Part shown: in pieces, positions 31,476 to 39,711 of the stretch
How the letters are laid out: every line of letters starts with the position of its first letter
How positions within the stretch are numbered: the first letter of the stretch is position 1
Source: an uncultured Melioribacter sp.
GTDB lineage: Bacteria > Bacteroidota > Ignavibacteria > Kapaibacteriales > Kapaibacteriaceae
Assembly: GCA_964484755.1 (NCBI GenBank)
Contig: CAZAGH010000003.1
Span: 15,157 to 79,156 of the forward strand
Reading direction: 5' to 3'
Length of the DNA: 64,000 nt
Translations under genes and position numbers: made by a program
The notes under the pieces: model-generated
What the model was told of the DNA's origin: nothing
Seen by the model: only the letters and a program-made list of their open reading frames with translations
Databases searched by the model: none

Positions 31476-33707
31476 ATGCAACCGGAAGGAACTCCAACGA
31501 TACTGCCGCTTCAGTACCTGAAAGGCGTCGGGCCCAGGCGGGCTGAGGCTCTCGCCGCTGAGGGCTTGGTGCAGTATCTCGACGTTGCAATGTATGTCCC
31601 ACGAGCCTACGTGGACAGGCGTAGCGTGAGTAACATAGCTCAGCTGCGTCAGCTTCAGCGTGCCGCATCGGATCCACAAAACGACGATGTGTCAGACTTC
31701 GCTTCGATGCAGCAGCAGGTTTCGATCGTTGCATCTGTGTTGCGTGCGGAAAAGCGGACTGTTGGAAAGGGGCGAACCATGCTCCAAGTGGATCTCACAG
31801 ATGACTCCCATGCCATCCTGCAGTTAGTGTTCTGGAACCAGATTCCATACTACACAAAGCTTCTCCAGCCGGGCCAAACGTTTGTTGTGCACGGATCACC
31901 TCAATTCGACACGCGGTGGAATACACTCTCGATGCACCATCCAGAACTTGAACTGGTTGATGAAGAGGAGATAGAGCAGTTTGGAACGGGCGCGATCCTG
32001 CCGCGTTACAGGATAACGCAGGGTATGACACAGGCTGGCATCACCATGAAGCTGCTCCGCTCGATCGTGGATCAGTGTCTCGAAAAAGTGATGCTCGAAC
32101 TCCACGATCCATTGCCGTCTGCTCTGCTGCAGCACCGAGAGCTTATGGCAAGGGCCGACGCATTGAATGCCTTGCACCATCCAAGTAGTCATGCTGTTAT
32201 CCATCGTGCTCGCTGGAGGATGAAGTACGAGGAGCTATTCCTGTTTGAGCTGTTGCTAGCTGCGCGCAGGCGCTCGCGCAAGCGCCCGGAGCGGGGCATT
32301 CCGATGCAGGCCCAAAGCGCACGAGCACGCACGTTGATCGAGCGCTTGCCGTTTGAGCTTACAACAGCCCAGAAGCGTGTCATTCGTGAGATCGTTGCCG
32401 ATATGACGTCAGGAACGCCAATGAACCGATTGTTGCAGGGCGATGTTGGCTCGGGCAAGACGATCGTTGCGTTGCTGTGCATGCTCAGTGCCGTCGATAA
32501 TGGGTATCAGACACTGCTGATGGCACCTACTGAGATTCTCGCCGAGCAACACTATCACGGGATACAACGACTACTTGGATCCGATCATGGATTAGGAATT
32601 GTGCAGCTTGTAGGCTCACAGCGTAAGAAAGCACGAGCAACAGTGCTTGAGCAGATAGCTAACGGAACTGCTAACATCGTCATTGGGACACACGCTTTGT
32701 TTGAGTCTGACGTGGTCTACAATAGGCTTGGACTGATTGTGATTGATGAGCAACACCGATTTGGTGTTGCGCAGCGCGCAGAGCTCAAGCGTCTTGGACA
32801 ACACTCCCATCCAGAAGGCCAGCGCACTCCGCATATATTGGTGATGTCGGCAACGCCTATTCCGCGGACGCTTTCGATGACGCTCTATGGTGACCTTGAC
32901 GCATCGGTTATCGATCAGCTCCCAGCTCAACGTAAGCCGATCAAGACACACGTGGTCTTTGAATCAAAGTTGTTTGATGTTCACCAGTTCATCCGCACTG
33001 AGATCGCGGCCGGACGTCAGGCCTACATTGTCTACCCGCTTGTTGAGAAGAGCGAGAAGATCGATGCTAAGAGCGCAGTGGAGCATTACCAATACCTGTG
33101 CGACTCGGTGTTCTACGATCTGCGCGTTGGGCTTTTGCACGGTCAGATGGCGTGGAACGAAAAAGAAGATGTGATGAAGGCCTTCTTAGCACGTAAATAT
33201 GACATCCTCGTATCTACTACGGTGATAGAGGTCGGCATCGATGTGCCGAATGCGACCGTCATGCTGATTGAAAATGCCGAGCGATTCGGATTATCGCAGC
33301 TGCATCAGCTGCGCGGCCGCGTAGGTCGTGGTGGGGAACAATCATACTGTTTCTTGGCAACTAAGGATCATTTTCGGTACCAGCTGCACCGATCAGCCCA
33401 TGCAGAAGACATGGCAAAAGCGCCTATTCGTCTCAAGACCATGGAAGAGACAACTGATGGGTTCCGCATTGCAGAAGTAGACCTGCGATTGCGCGGTCCC
33501 GGCGATGTCATGGGAACACGACAGAGTGGTGTGCCGGACTTCACGTTTGCCGATCTCGTAACCGATGGTGAGCTGATTGCAACAACGCGCAATGATGCCT
33601 TTTCTGTTCTCGAGCGCGACCCACAGCTGCGGCTCGATGAACATCAGCTTCTCAAGCGCGAGCTCCTCAAGATGTTTGACGAATCAAGCATGAGCTCGGT
33701 AGCGTAG
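31476..33707 (+). CDS. recG: ATP-dependent DNA helicase RecG
   Basis: Wedge domain plus helicase motifs (GDVGSGKT, DEQHRFGV, SATPIPRT, QLHQLRGRVGRG). Confidence 0.95.
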   Translation: MQPEGTPTILPLQYLKGVGPRRAEALAAEGLVQYLDVAMYVPRAYVDRRSVSNIAQLRQLQRAASDPQNDDVSDFASMQQQVSIVASVLRAEKRTVGKGRTMLQVDLTDDSHAILQLVFWNQIPYYTKLLQPGQTFVVHGSPQFDTRWNTLSMHHPELELVDEEEIEQFGTGAILPRYRITQGMTQAGITMKLLRSIVDQCLEKVMLELHDPLPSALLQHRELMARADALNALHHPSSHAVIHRARWRMKYEELFLFELLLAARRRSRKRPERGIPMQAQSARARTLIERLPFELTTAQKRVIREIVADMTSGTPMNRLLQGDVGSGKTIVALLCMLSAVDNGYQTLLMAPTEILAEQHYHGIQRLLGSDHGLGIVQLVGSQRKKARATVLEQIANGTANIVIGTHALFESDVVYNRLGLIVIDEQHRFGVAQRAELKRLGQHSHPEGQRTPHILVMSATPIPRTLSMTLYGDLDASVIDQLPAQRKPIKTHVVFESKLFDVHQFIRTEIAAGRQAYIVYPLVEKSEKIDAKSAVEHYQYLCDSVFYDLRVGLLHGQMAWNEKEDVMKAFLARKYDILVSTTVIEVGIDVPNATVMLIENAERFGLSQLHQLRGRVGRGGEQSYCFLATKDHFRYQLHRSAHAEDMAKAPIRLKTMEETTDGFRIAEVDLRLRGPGDVMGTRQSGVPDFTFADLVTDGELIATTRNDAFSVLERDPQLRLDEHQLLKRELLKMFDESSMSSVA

Positions 33708-33717
33708 TTTTGTTGTC

Positions 33718-34383
33718 ATGATGCAACAGCAGACCGTCAACGTCAACGAAGTCTTTTACTCGATCCAGGGAGAGGGTACGCGTGCAGGAATGCCATGTGT
33801 CTTCATCCGGCTGCAGGGGTGCAAGTTGCGCTGTGTCTGGTGCGATACTCCCTACGCGCTCGACCATCGCGAGAAGGGGCAGGCCATGTCGGTCGATGAT
33901 ATCGTGGCCTATGCAGACGAGCATCAATGCTCCTTCATCGAATTCACGGGAGGTGAGCCCCTTGAACAGGAAGCCGTGTTTGGTATGATGAGCCAGCTCT
34001 GTGATAGAGGTTACACAGTAGCCGTGGAAACTGGTGGACATGTTGATGTTCGTGACGTTGACGACAGAGTTGTCATCATCATGGATGTAAAGTGTCCAGA
34101 TTCGAAAATGTCGACGCTCAACAAACTTGAAAATCTCCCACAACTGCGTGAGAAAGACGAGGTCAAATTCGTTATCGCCTCACGTGCTGACTACGAGTTT
34201 GCGCGAGCCATCATTCGACAGTACAACCTTGAGAAAAATGTTGGTGCCGTGCTGCTTTCGTGTGTGTTCGGGAGTTTGCAGTTTGTCGATCTCGTGTCGT
34301 GGATTTTAGCCGATCATCTCAGCGTCCGATTCCAGCTACAGATGCACAAGTTCGTATGGTCACCTGAGACACGAGGTGTATGA
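33718..34383 (+). CDS. queE: 7-carboxy-7-deazaguanine synthase (radical SAM)
   Basis: EVFYSIQGEG..FIRLQGCKLRCVWCDT signature. Confidence 0.9.
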   Translation: MMQQQTVNVNEVFYSIQGEGTRAGMPCVFIRLQGCKLRCVWCDTPYALDHREKGQAMSVDDIVAYADEHQCSFIEFTGGEPLEQEAVFGMMSQLCDRGYTVAVETGGHVDVRDVDDRVVIIMDVKCPDSKMSTLNKLENLPQLREKDEVKFVIASRADYEFARAIIRQYNLEKNVGAVLLSCVFGSLQFVDLVSWILADHLSVRFQLQMHKFVWSPETRGV

Positions 34384-35216
34384 TGCTGCATGCATTCCTA
34401 GCTTTTGCCATGTCGGCAGCACCGCAAGCGTTCGATGGAGACACTACTTCAGCCCAGCCGCAATTGCTGAACGCGTGGCGTGCTGACGCGCCAATGTATG
34501 CTCCATGTTATGATGGTGCACATCAGCGCTGGCTCATAACAATGGATGGTGCAAAAGGGCCAATGATTGTTGCAACAAGTGAACTTCGCACAAGGCCCGT
34601 TGAAATGCGACTACAGGAGTCTGATGCGGCGCGAGATCTTGGCTGCATTACTACCTCGGAAAGCGGGGAAGCTTACGGCGTTGCCTACCTAATGGGTGCA
34701 CGTCAGCGATTTGCAACAATCGTACGGGTCTTTCTCGAAGAGAATGCGATCGTCATCGGGGAGCCGATAGAGAGTGTCCATTCCGAGAGTTACTCATCGT
34801 TCCCGACAATTTCGCCCGATGGTTCGCGCATCATATTCAGCTCAGATAGGCCAGGTGCGATTGGGCAGACGGATCTATGGTTCGTTGAACGGCAGGCAGA
34901 TAACTCTTGGTCTACACCGCAACACTGCGGCGAGTCCATAAACTCTCCGCGCATGGAGACCACACCGCACTTTGTTGCAAACGACACGCTCTTGTTTAGT
35001 TCGGATGGATTTGGAGGGCAGGGAGGCATGGATGTGTTCATGTCGGTCTACCGCAATGGTGCTTGGCAAGATCCTGTGCCAGTTGAACAGGTTAACTCCC
35101 ACCTCGACGAAACGGATGCTGTGTTGACCCGTGATGGTGATCTGATCTTTGCTCGCAACACGATTGAGCATCAGGGGGCCTCCGTTATGTGGCTTTTGCC
35201 TCGTAGTGAACGGTAG
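34380..35216 (+). CDS. PD40/TolB-like beta-propeller repeat protein
   Basis: PD40-like repeats (ISPDGSRIIFSSDRPG..DLW, TTPHFVANDTLLFSSD). Confidence 0.6.
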   Translation: MMLHAFLAFAMSAAPQAFDGDTTSAQPQLLNAWRADAPMYAPCYDGAHQRWLITMDGAKGPMIVATSELRTRPVEMRLQESDAARDLGCITTSESGEAYGVAYLMGARQRFATIVRVFLEENAIVIGEPIESVHSESYSSFPTISPDGSRIIFSSDRPGAIGQTDLWFVERQADNSWSTPQHCGESINSPRMETTPHFVANDTLLFSSDGFGGQGGMDVFMSVYRNGAWQDPVPVEQVNSHLDETDAVLTRDGDLIFARNTIEHQGASVMWLLPRSER

Positions 35217-35255
35217 CAGCCGTAAACAGTACACCTACGAACAATACAACAGAAA

Positions 35256-35293
35256 CGAAAAAGGGCCACATCGATGGATGCGGCCCTTTAAGT
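35256..35293. terminator. Bidirectional rho-independent terminator between convergent genes
   Basis: The stem gggccacatc (35263-35272) / gatgcggccc (35277-35286) has one mismatch and a 4-nt loop. It is flanked by an A-run upstream and a T-rich run downstream. Confidence 0.65.
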
Positions 35294-35314
35294 ATTCTTC
35301 AAGGAGTGATTGTG

Positions 35315-36085
35315 TTACTTGATCTCGTACTTGGTAGTTACTTGGCGGACGCCAGGAACTGTCTGGATTGGCGAGCCCATCAATTGGCCGAGTAGACCAA
35401 GGTTGACGATGGCTGCTGGCTGTTCGCGCTTCACAACACCGACCTTGTCGGCGAGCCAGTACATAACCTTGAGGTTTACATCTACTGGCAAAGAAGTTGG
35501 TCCTGCCATTGCATAAAGGCGTGCATTGAGATCAACTTGTACCTTCTTGGTTGCGATCGTCACGCCGTTGATGGTTACGTTCTCAGATCCGAGTGACTGC
35601 CCTGTGAAGTTGAGCTTTGCAGAAAGCTTATACCCACCAATAGGAAGATCGATCGGTGCAATGGAATCCGTGAGAGCCGTCCACGTCGTTGCTCCCTGAT
35701 CCATGATCTTCGCCCACTTTGAACCGAGATCAAGCGGAATGCCACCGATGTCGTATGAGAGAGGGATTGATGTGTAGAGCGCTGCTCCTTCTTGATAGTA
35801 GTACGTCGTATCAAACGGAACGCCGCCAACAAAGGCATAGAACGGAGTGGCTGACTTGCCGTTATATGTCACCACCGCACCGGCAACAGTGCTGTCCGAA
35901 GGGGCTGGTGTTTCTGTGACGGCCTTCGTGGCTGTATCGATTGCGAGCTCGGTGTTCTGGTGAAGCATGTAGCTGCCAGATGCTGCAACGTACGATTCAT
36001 TGGTTGGTTCAGGTGTTGTGGCGTCGTCACCGCAAGAGGTGAGTACTGCGCCAGCAAGGATAGCAAGGGCTGCTATACGCTTCAT
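35315..36085 (-). CDS. Hypothetical lipoprotein
   Basis: Signal peptide with a lipobox (AVLTSC). Family not recognised. Confidence 0.6.
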   Translation of the reverse strand: MKRIAALAILAGAVLTSCGDDATTPEPTNESYVAASGSYMLHQNTELAIDTATKAVTETPAPSDSTVAGAVVTYNGKSATPFYAFVGGVPFDTTYYYQEGAALYTSIPLSYDIGGIPLDLGSKWAKIMDQGATTWTALTDSIAPIDLPIGGYKLSAKLNFTGQSLGSENVTINGVTIATKKVQVDLNARLYAMAGPTSLPVDVNLKVMYWLADKVGVVKREQPAAIVNLGLLGQLMGSPIQTVPGVRQVTTKYEIK

Positions 36086-36159
36086 GTTGGTCGCTCCTGC
36101 ACGAACAGGACGTCCGTGCCTTCGTGAATGAAAGAATGTGGTGAATCTTCAGGACGGAG

Positions 36160-36241
36160 CGGAGGGCGAGGGACTCGAACCCCCACAGGATCTCTCCCGG
36201 CTGTTTTCAAGACAGCTGCAATACCATTATGCGAGCCCTCC
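36160..36241 (-). tRNA. tRNA-Ser (anticodon UGA); CCA not encoded
   Basis: Hand-folded cloverleaf: acceptor GGAGGGC/GCCCTCC, anticodon stem GCTGT/ACAGC with loop CTTGAAA, a 15-nt variable arm with its own stem, T-arm GGGGG-TTCGAGT-CCCTC, and discriminator G. Confidence 0.85.
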
Positions 36242-36262
36242 GTCGCGAGAGCGAGTACAAAC

Positions 36263-37285
36263 TTACGCAGTCGGCTGAAATTTCCGAACATCAATTCCAA
36301 GAAATTCGCACACAGATATAGAAAAGAGTTGTTCTTTCGTTGCGGCATCAAGATCGGCCATGCCTTCGATGAACTTACCATGCTCGAGGTCGCCCAGAGG
36401 AAACGGGTAATCGGTTCCGTAGGCAACCTTCTCGGCTCCCATGAGCTCGACCAGGAAGCGTAGCGCATCTGCGTCGTGTGTGATTCCGTCCACCCAAAAC
36501 TTCCCGACATACGAGCGCGGGTCTTGCACGTTGTTAACGTTACAGAGATCGGGTCTGGCATGATAGCCGTGCGAGATTCTGCCGATGGTAAACGGCAGAG
36601 AGCCCCCTGCATGCGAGAACATCACGCGAAGCTTCGGGAATCGGTCAAAGACACCTCCAAAGATCATCGAAGTTGCGGCAAGTGTGGTCTCTGCCGGCAT
36701 TCCAACGAGCCACTGTTGGAAGTAGCGCGACGTGCGGTCTGCCCCCATCATCTCCCACGGATGAACAAAGATGGCTGCCCCGAGACGTTCGGCTTCACCC
36801 CAAAAAGGGTCGAGGGAAGGGTCGTCAAGGTTCATGCCATTGATGTTGGATCCAATCTCTACACCGGGCATGCCAAGTTCAAGAACAACACGTCGAAGTT
36901 CTTGGCAGGCCAGAGTCACGTCTTGCATGGGCAGTGTGCCGAGTCCGATGAACCGGTTGGGGTAGGCGCTAACAACGCCAGCAAGGTGATCGTTAAGAAA
37001 TTGTGACCACTCAAGAGTGTGCTGGGGCTGGGCCCAATAGGAAAAGAGCACGGGCACGGTACAGAGCACCATGACGTCCACCCCATGGGCGTTCATGTCT
37101 CGAAGAATGGCCTCTGGGTTCCAGCAGTTCTCATCGATTTGTCGAAAGAACACTCCGTCATCGCGCATCATGCGCGCACTTCCGGCAGCGTGGTGGTCCA
37201 GTGTTATGAAGCCCCCGTAGCCAAACTTGTCCTTCAGTGAGGGCCACGATTCGGGCAGGATATGTGCGTGACAGTCGATTTTCAT
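36263..37285 (-). CDS. 2-amino-3-carboxymuconate-6-semialdehyde decarboxylase (ACMSD, amidohydrolase_2 family)
   Basis: Colinear with my recollection of eukaryotic ACMSD (MKIDCHAHILPESWP..FGYGGF, LVGMPAETT, HGGGSLPFTIGRISHG, GTDYPFPLG). The ATG at 37285 is preferred over the listed TTG. Confidence 0.85.
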   Translation of the reverse strand: MKIDCHAHILPESWPSLKDKFGYGGFITLDHHAAGSARMMRDDGVFFRQIDENCWNPEAILRDMNAHGVDVMVLCTVPVLFSYWAQPQHTLEWSQFLNDHLAGVVSAYPNRFIGLGTLPMQDVTLACQELRRVVLELGMPGVEIGSNINGMNLDDPSLDPFWGEAERLGAAIFVHPWEMMGADRTSRYFQQWLVGMPAETTLAATSMIFGGVFDRFPKLRVMFSHAGGSLPFTIGRISHGYHARPDLCNVNNVQDPRSYVGKFWVDGITHDADALRFLVELMGAEKVAYGTDYPFPLGDLEHGKFIEGMADLDAATKEQLFSISVCEFLGIDVRKFQPTA

Positions 37286-37292
37286 TGTGCGA

Positions 37293-37817
37293 TTAGGCAA
37301 GCTTGACAGGGGGCTGCATCACGGCTCCGCAACCTGAACATGTGCGGCTTGTTTCACTTCCGTAATATTCTTCGAAGACCTTCGGCAGATCGGTTACGAT
37401 GTTCGTCAGTGATAGAAACTTCTCATGAAGTTTCGTCCCGCAGGATTCGCAGAACCACATGAACGCATCAAGTTCACCGTCTCGACGCTTGCGCTCAATA
37501 ACAAGGCCGACTGTATTTGCAGAGCGCTGCGGCGAATGCGGAACCCGCGGAGGGAGCAGAAACATCTCGCCTTGTTTGATATGGATGTCCTTGGGCTGTC
37601 CATCATCGATGATCTTGACAGTAATGTCGCCCTCGATCTGATAAAACAACTCCTCGCCTTCATTGAAGTGGTAGTCCTTGCGTGAGTTGGGTCCCCCAAC
37701 GACCATCACAATGAATTCCGTGTCCTGGTAGATCGTAGCATTTCCTACTGGTGGTTTTAGCAGATCGCGGTGCTCGTCGATCCAGGATTGCAAGTTTAAA
37801 GGTGGTAGAATAGCCAT
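37293..37817 (-). CDS. 3-hydroxyanthranilate 3,4-dioxygenase
   Basis: Cupin core (DYHFNEGEELFYQIEGD, GEMFLLPPRVPHSPQR) and a C-terminal CxxC..CxxC rubredoxin-like site. The ATG at 37817 is preferred, because the listed start would overlap the divergent gene. Confidence 0.85.
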   Translation of the reverse strand: MAILPPLNLQSWIDEHRDLLKPPVGNATIYQDTEFIVMVVGGPNSRKDYHFNEGEELFYQIEGDITVKIIDDGQPKDIHIKQGEMFLLPPRVPHSPQRSANTVGLVIERKRRDGELDAFMWFCESCGTKLHEKFLSLTNIVTDLPKVFEEYYGSETSRTCSGCGAVMQPPVKLA

Positions 37818-37881
37818 ATTCCTTCCCGTAGGATTGTAGTTTCGCAGAAACGACAAAGCTACAAACAGAAGGGAACACGTC

Positions 37882-38676
37882 ATGGATCTCAATCTCACCG
37901 GAAAACGGGCACTCGTATGCGGAGCCTCGCGTGGCATCGGCCGGGCCACAGCAATGGAGCTTGCCGCTAATGGGGCCTCTGTTACCGTGCTTGCTCGCTC
38001 AGCTGAGCAGCTTGAGCACGTCAGAGCTTCACTCCCCGTAATCCACGCAGAGCAGCTCCATAATGCGTTGGCGGTTGATGCAACTCAAGACTTTGAGCTT
38101 ATTCAAGCGGTGAATAACCATGTGGAAAACCATGGCTCCTTTCACATCCTTGTGAATAACACAGCGGGTCCAGCGGCAGGGAAGTTGCTCGATAGCACAG
38201 TTGATAGCTTGATGGAAGCCTTTGCGCAGCATGTTCTTACAGCGCAGCGCTTGATAAAAATTCTAGCTCCTGGAATGGAATCCGATTGTTACGGACGAGT
38301 TATCAACATCATCTCGACCTCGGTCAAGCAACCGATTGACGGGTTAGGAGTTAGCAATACGATTAGAGGAGCCATGGCCAGCTGGTCAAAGACCCTTGCA
38401 ACAGAGCTTGCCAGCCGGCATATCACGGTAAACAATGTCTTGCCCGGAGCAACGGAGACCGAGCGCCTAGAGGCCATTATCACCAAGCAGTCTGCCGTAC
38501 GTGGGATATCGGAGACCGACGCACGCGATCACATGCTGGCAGAGATTCCTATGGGGCGCTTTGCACAGCCCTCGGAGATTGCCAATGCGGTAGCCTTCCT
38601 TGCATCCCCAGCTGCCGCTTACATCACGGGCACAAGCATTATGGTTGATGGTGGCAGAACGAAGGCTCTAAGTTAA
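37882..38676 (+). CDS. Short-chain dehydrogenase/reductase (SDR)
   Basis: TGxxxGIG-type motif (VCGASRGIGRA), NNTAG, and the YxxxK-region context. Confidence 0.8.
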   Translation: MDLNLTGKRALVCGASRGIGRATAMELAANGASVTVLARSAEQLEHVRASLPVIHAEQLHNALAVDATQDFELIQAVNNHVENHGSFHILVNNTAGPAAGKLLDSTVDSLMEAFAQHVLTAQRLIKILAPGMESDCYGRVINIISTSVKQPIDGLGVSNTIRGAMASWSKTLATELASRHITVNNVLPGATETERLEAIITKQSAVRGISETDARDHMLAEIPMGRFAQPSEIANAVAFLASPAAAYITGTSIMVDGGRTKALS

Positions 38677-38697
38677 GTTACCTAGGGGCCTTGTCTA

Positions 38698-38718
38698 TTA
38701 TCCACAATGTGTGGAAAT
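38698..38718. promoter_or_regulatory. Dyad of DnaA-box-like 9-mers upstream of ftsQAZ
   Basis: TTATCCACA (38698-38706, a perfect DnaA-box consensus), ATG, then TGTGGAAAT (38710-38718). A further ATTTCCAC lies at 38749-38756. Confidence 0.35.
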
Positions 38719-38895
38719 CGTGTGTGAATTGCCATGGTTGCCACTATGATTTCCACTTGCGTTTTGCGTTTCTATACTATACATTTGCTGCAGTTGTAAC
38801 TCCTTGATAATATGTGTTAGTAAGCTAGTTTTTCGTGAAACAGCTCAATGAGTTTACGACGCTGATATAGAAGCTTTTGCACACATGTTAATAAC

Positions 38896-39711
38896 GTGTG
38901 TGTTTCGCGGTTGAGGAATTTGGTGGCACGCAAACGTCAAGATTCAAAGCACGTAGCATACGAGGGCAAGCGTTCCTCGGGGCTTGTTATTGCCCTGTTG
39001 AGCGTCGTGTTCTTGGCATTTATGTCTGCCCAGTGGCACGAGCGTCAGAAGATTTCAAGCATTGCCATCGAGGGTGCCACGGGGTTAAGTCGCATTGCTG
39101 TGCAGAGAGCCGTTGATTCATTGCGATTCCGCAGCATCAAGTCGTTATCGCTTGCTTCGATTCGGGCCCGTGTTGAAGCTCTTCCGTATGTGCGTAATGC
39201 GTCAGTGTACTTTTCCGGTGTCCGCGAAATCACGGTGCGGGTTGATGAACGTCTGCCGATCGCGCACGTGTTGTATGAGGATGGAGCTCTTCGCTACGTC
39301 GATCAACACGGCACGATTCTGCCACTGGCCCACGAGCGCACGGCACACAATGTCCCGATCCTGCGGTCGCATGATGGCAGCAGGCTTACATCGACCGATG
39401 TGACCAGAGTTGCAGCTATCCTTGTAAACGCGTCGAGAGTGCTTGATGCGCGGCTCTATCAGTCGATTTCCGAGGTTGCTGTGGACCGATCACGTTCAAC
39501 GGTAACGATGATTACGGATGAAACACGATGGAATCTCGGCGCGTTGAATCCTGATCGGATTCAGCAGGCCTTGACGGATATGAACGTTTTCTGGCGGGAA
39601 GCTGCCAACACCATCAACATGGCAAGTGTGCGCGAAGTCGATCTTCGTTGGCATCACCAAGTTGTGTTGCGGTACCATCAACAAGCAAGCATTCCAGGGG
39701 GCTCTGCATGA
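38896..39711 (+). CDS. ftsQ: Cell division protein FtsQ (POTRA domain); exact start uncertain
   Basis: A single TM helix followed by a POTRA-like region. Lies directly upstream of ftsA/ftsZ. Alternative starts are TTG 38920 and GTG 38923. Confidence 0.75.
   Translation: MCVSRLRNLVARKRQDSKHVAYEGKRSSGLVIALLSVVFLAFMSAQWHERQKISSIAIEGATGLSRIAVQRAVDSLRFRSIKSLSLASIRARVEALPYVRNASVYFSGVREITVRVDERLPIAHVLYEDGALRYVDQHGTILPLAHERTAHNVPILRSHDGSRLTSTDVTRVAAILVNASRVLDARLYQSISEVAVDRSRSTVTMITDETRWNLGALNPDRIQQALTDMNVFWREAANTINMASVREVDLRWHHQVVLRYHQQASIPGGSA

Noticed and set aside
36082-36612. A 176-aa minus-strand ORF spanning the tRNA-Ser gene and the 3' end of the ACMSD gene
   Set aside because: It overlaps a well-folded tRNA and is out of frame with a strongly supported CDS.
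38677-38895. The chromosomal replication origin (oriC), suggested by a perfect DnaA box plus related boxes in an AT-rich spacer
   Set aside because: There are only about three boxes, no dnaA/dnaN/gidA-type neighbours, and no clear array of boxes with a defined unwinding element. A regulatory role is more plausible, and a genome-wide skew analysis would be needed to revisit this.
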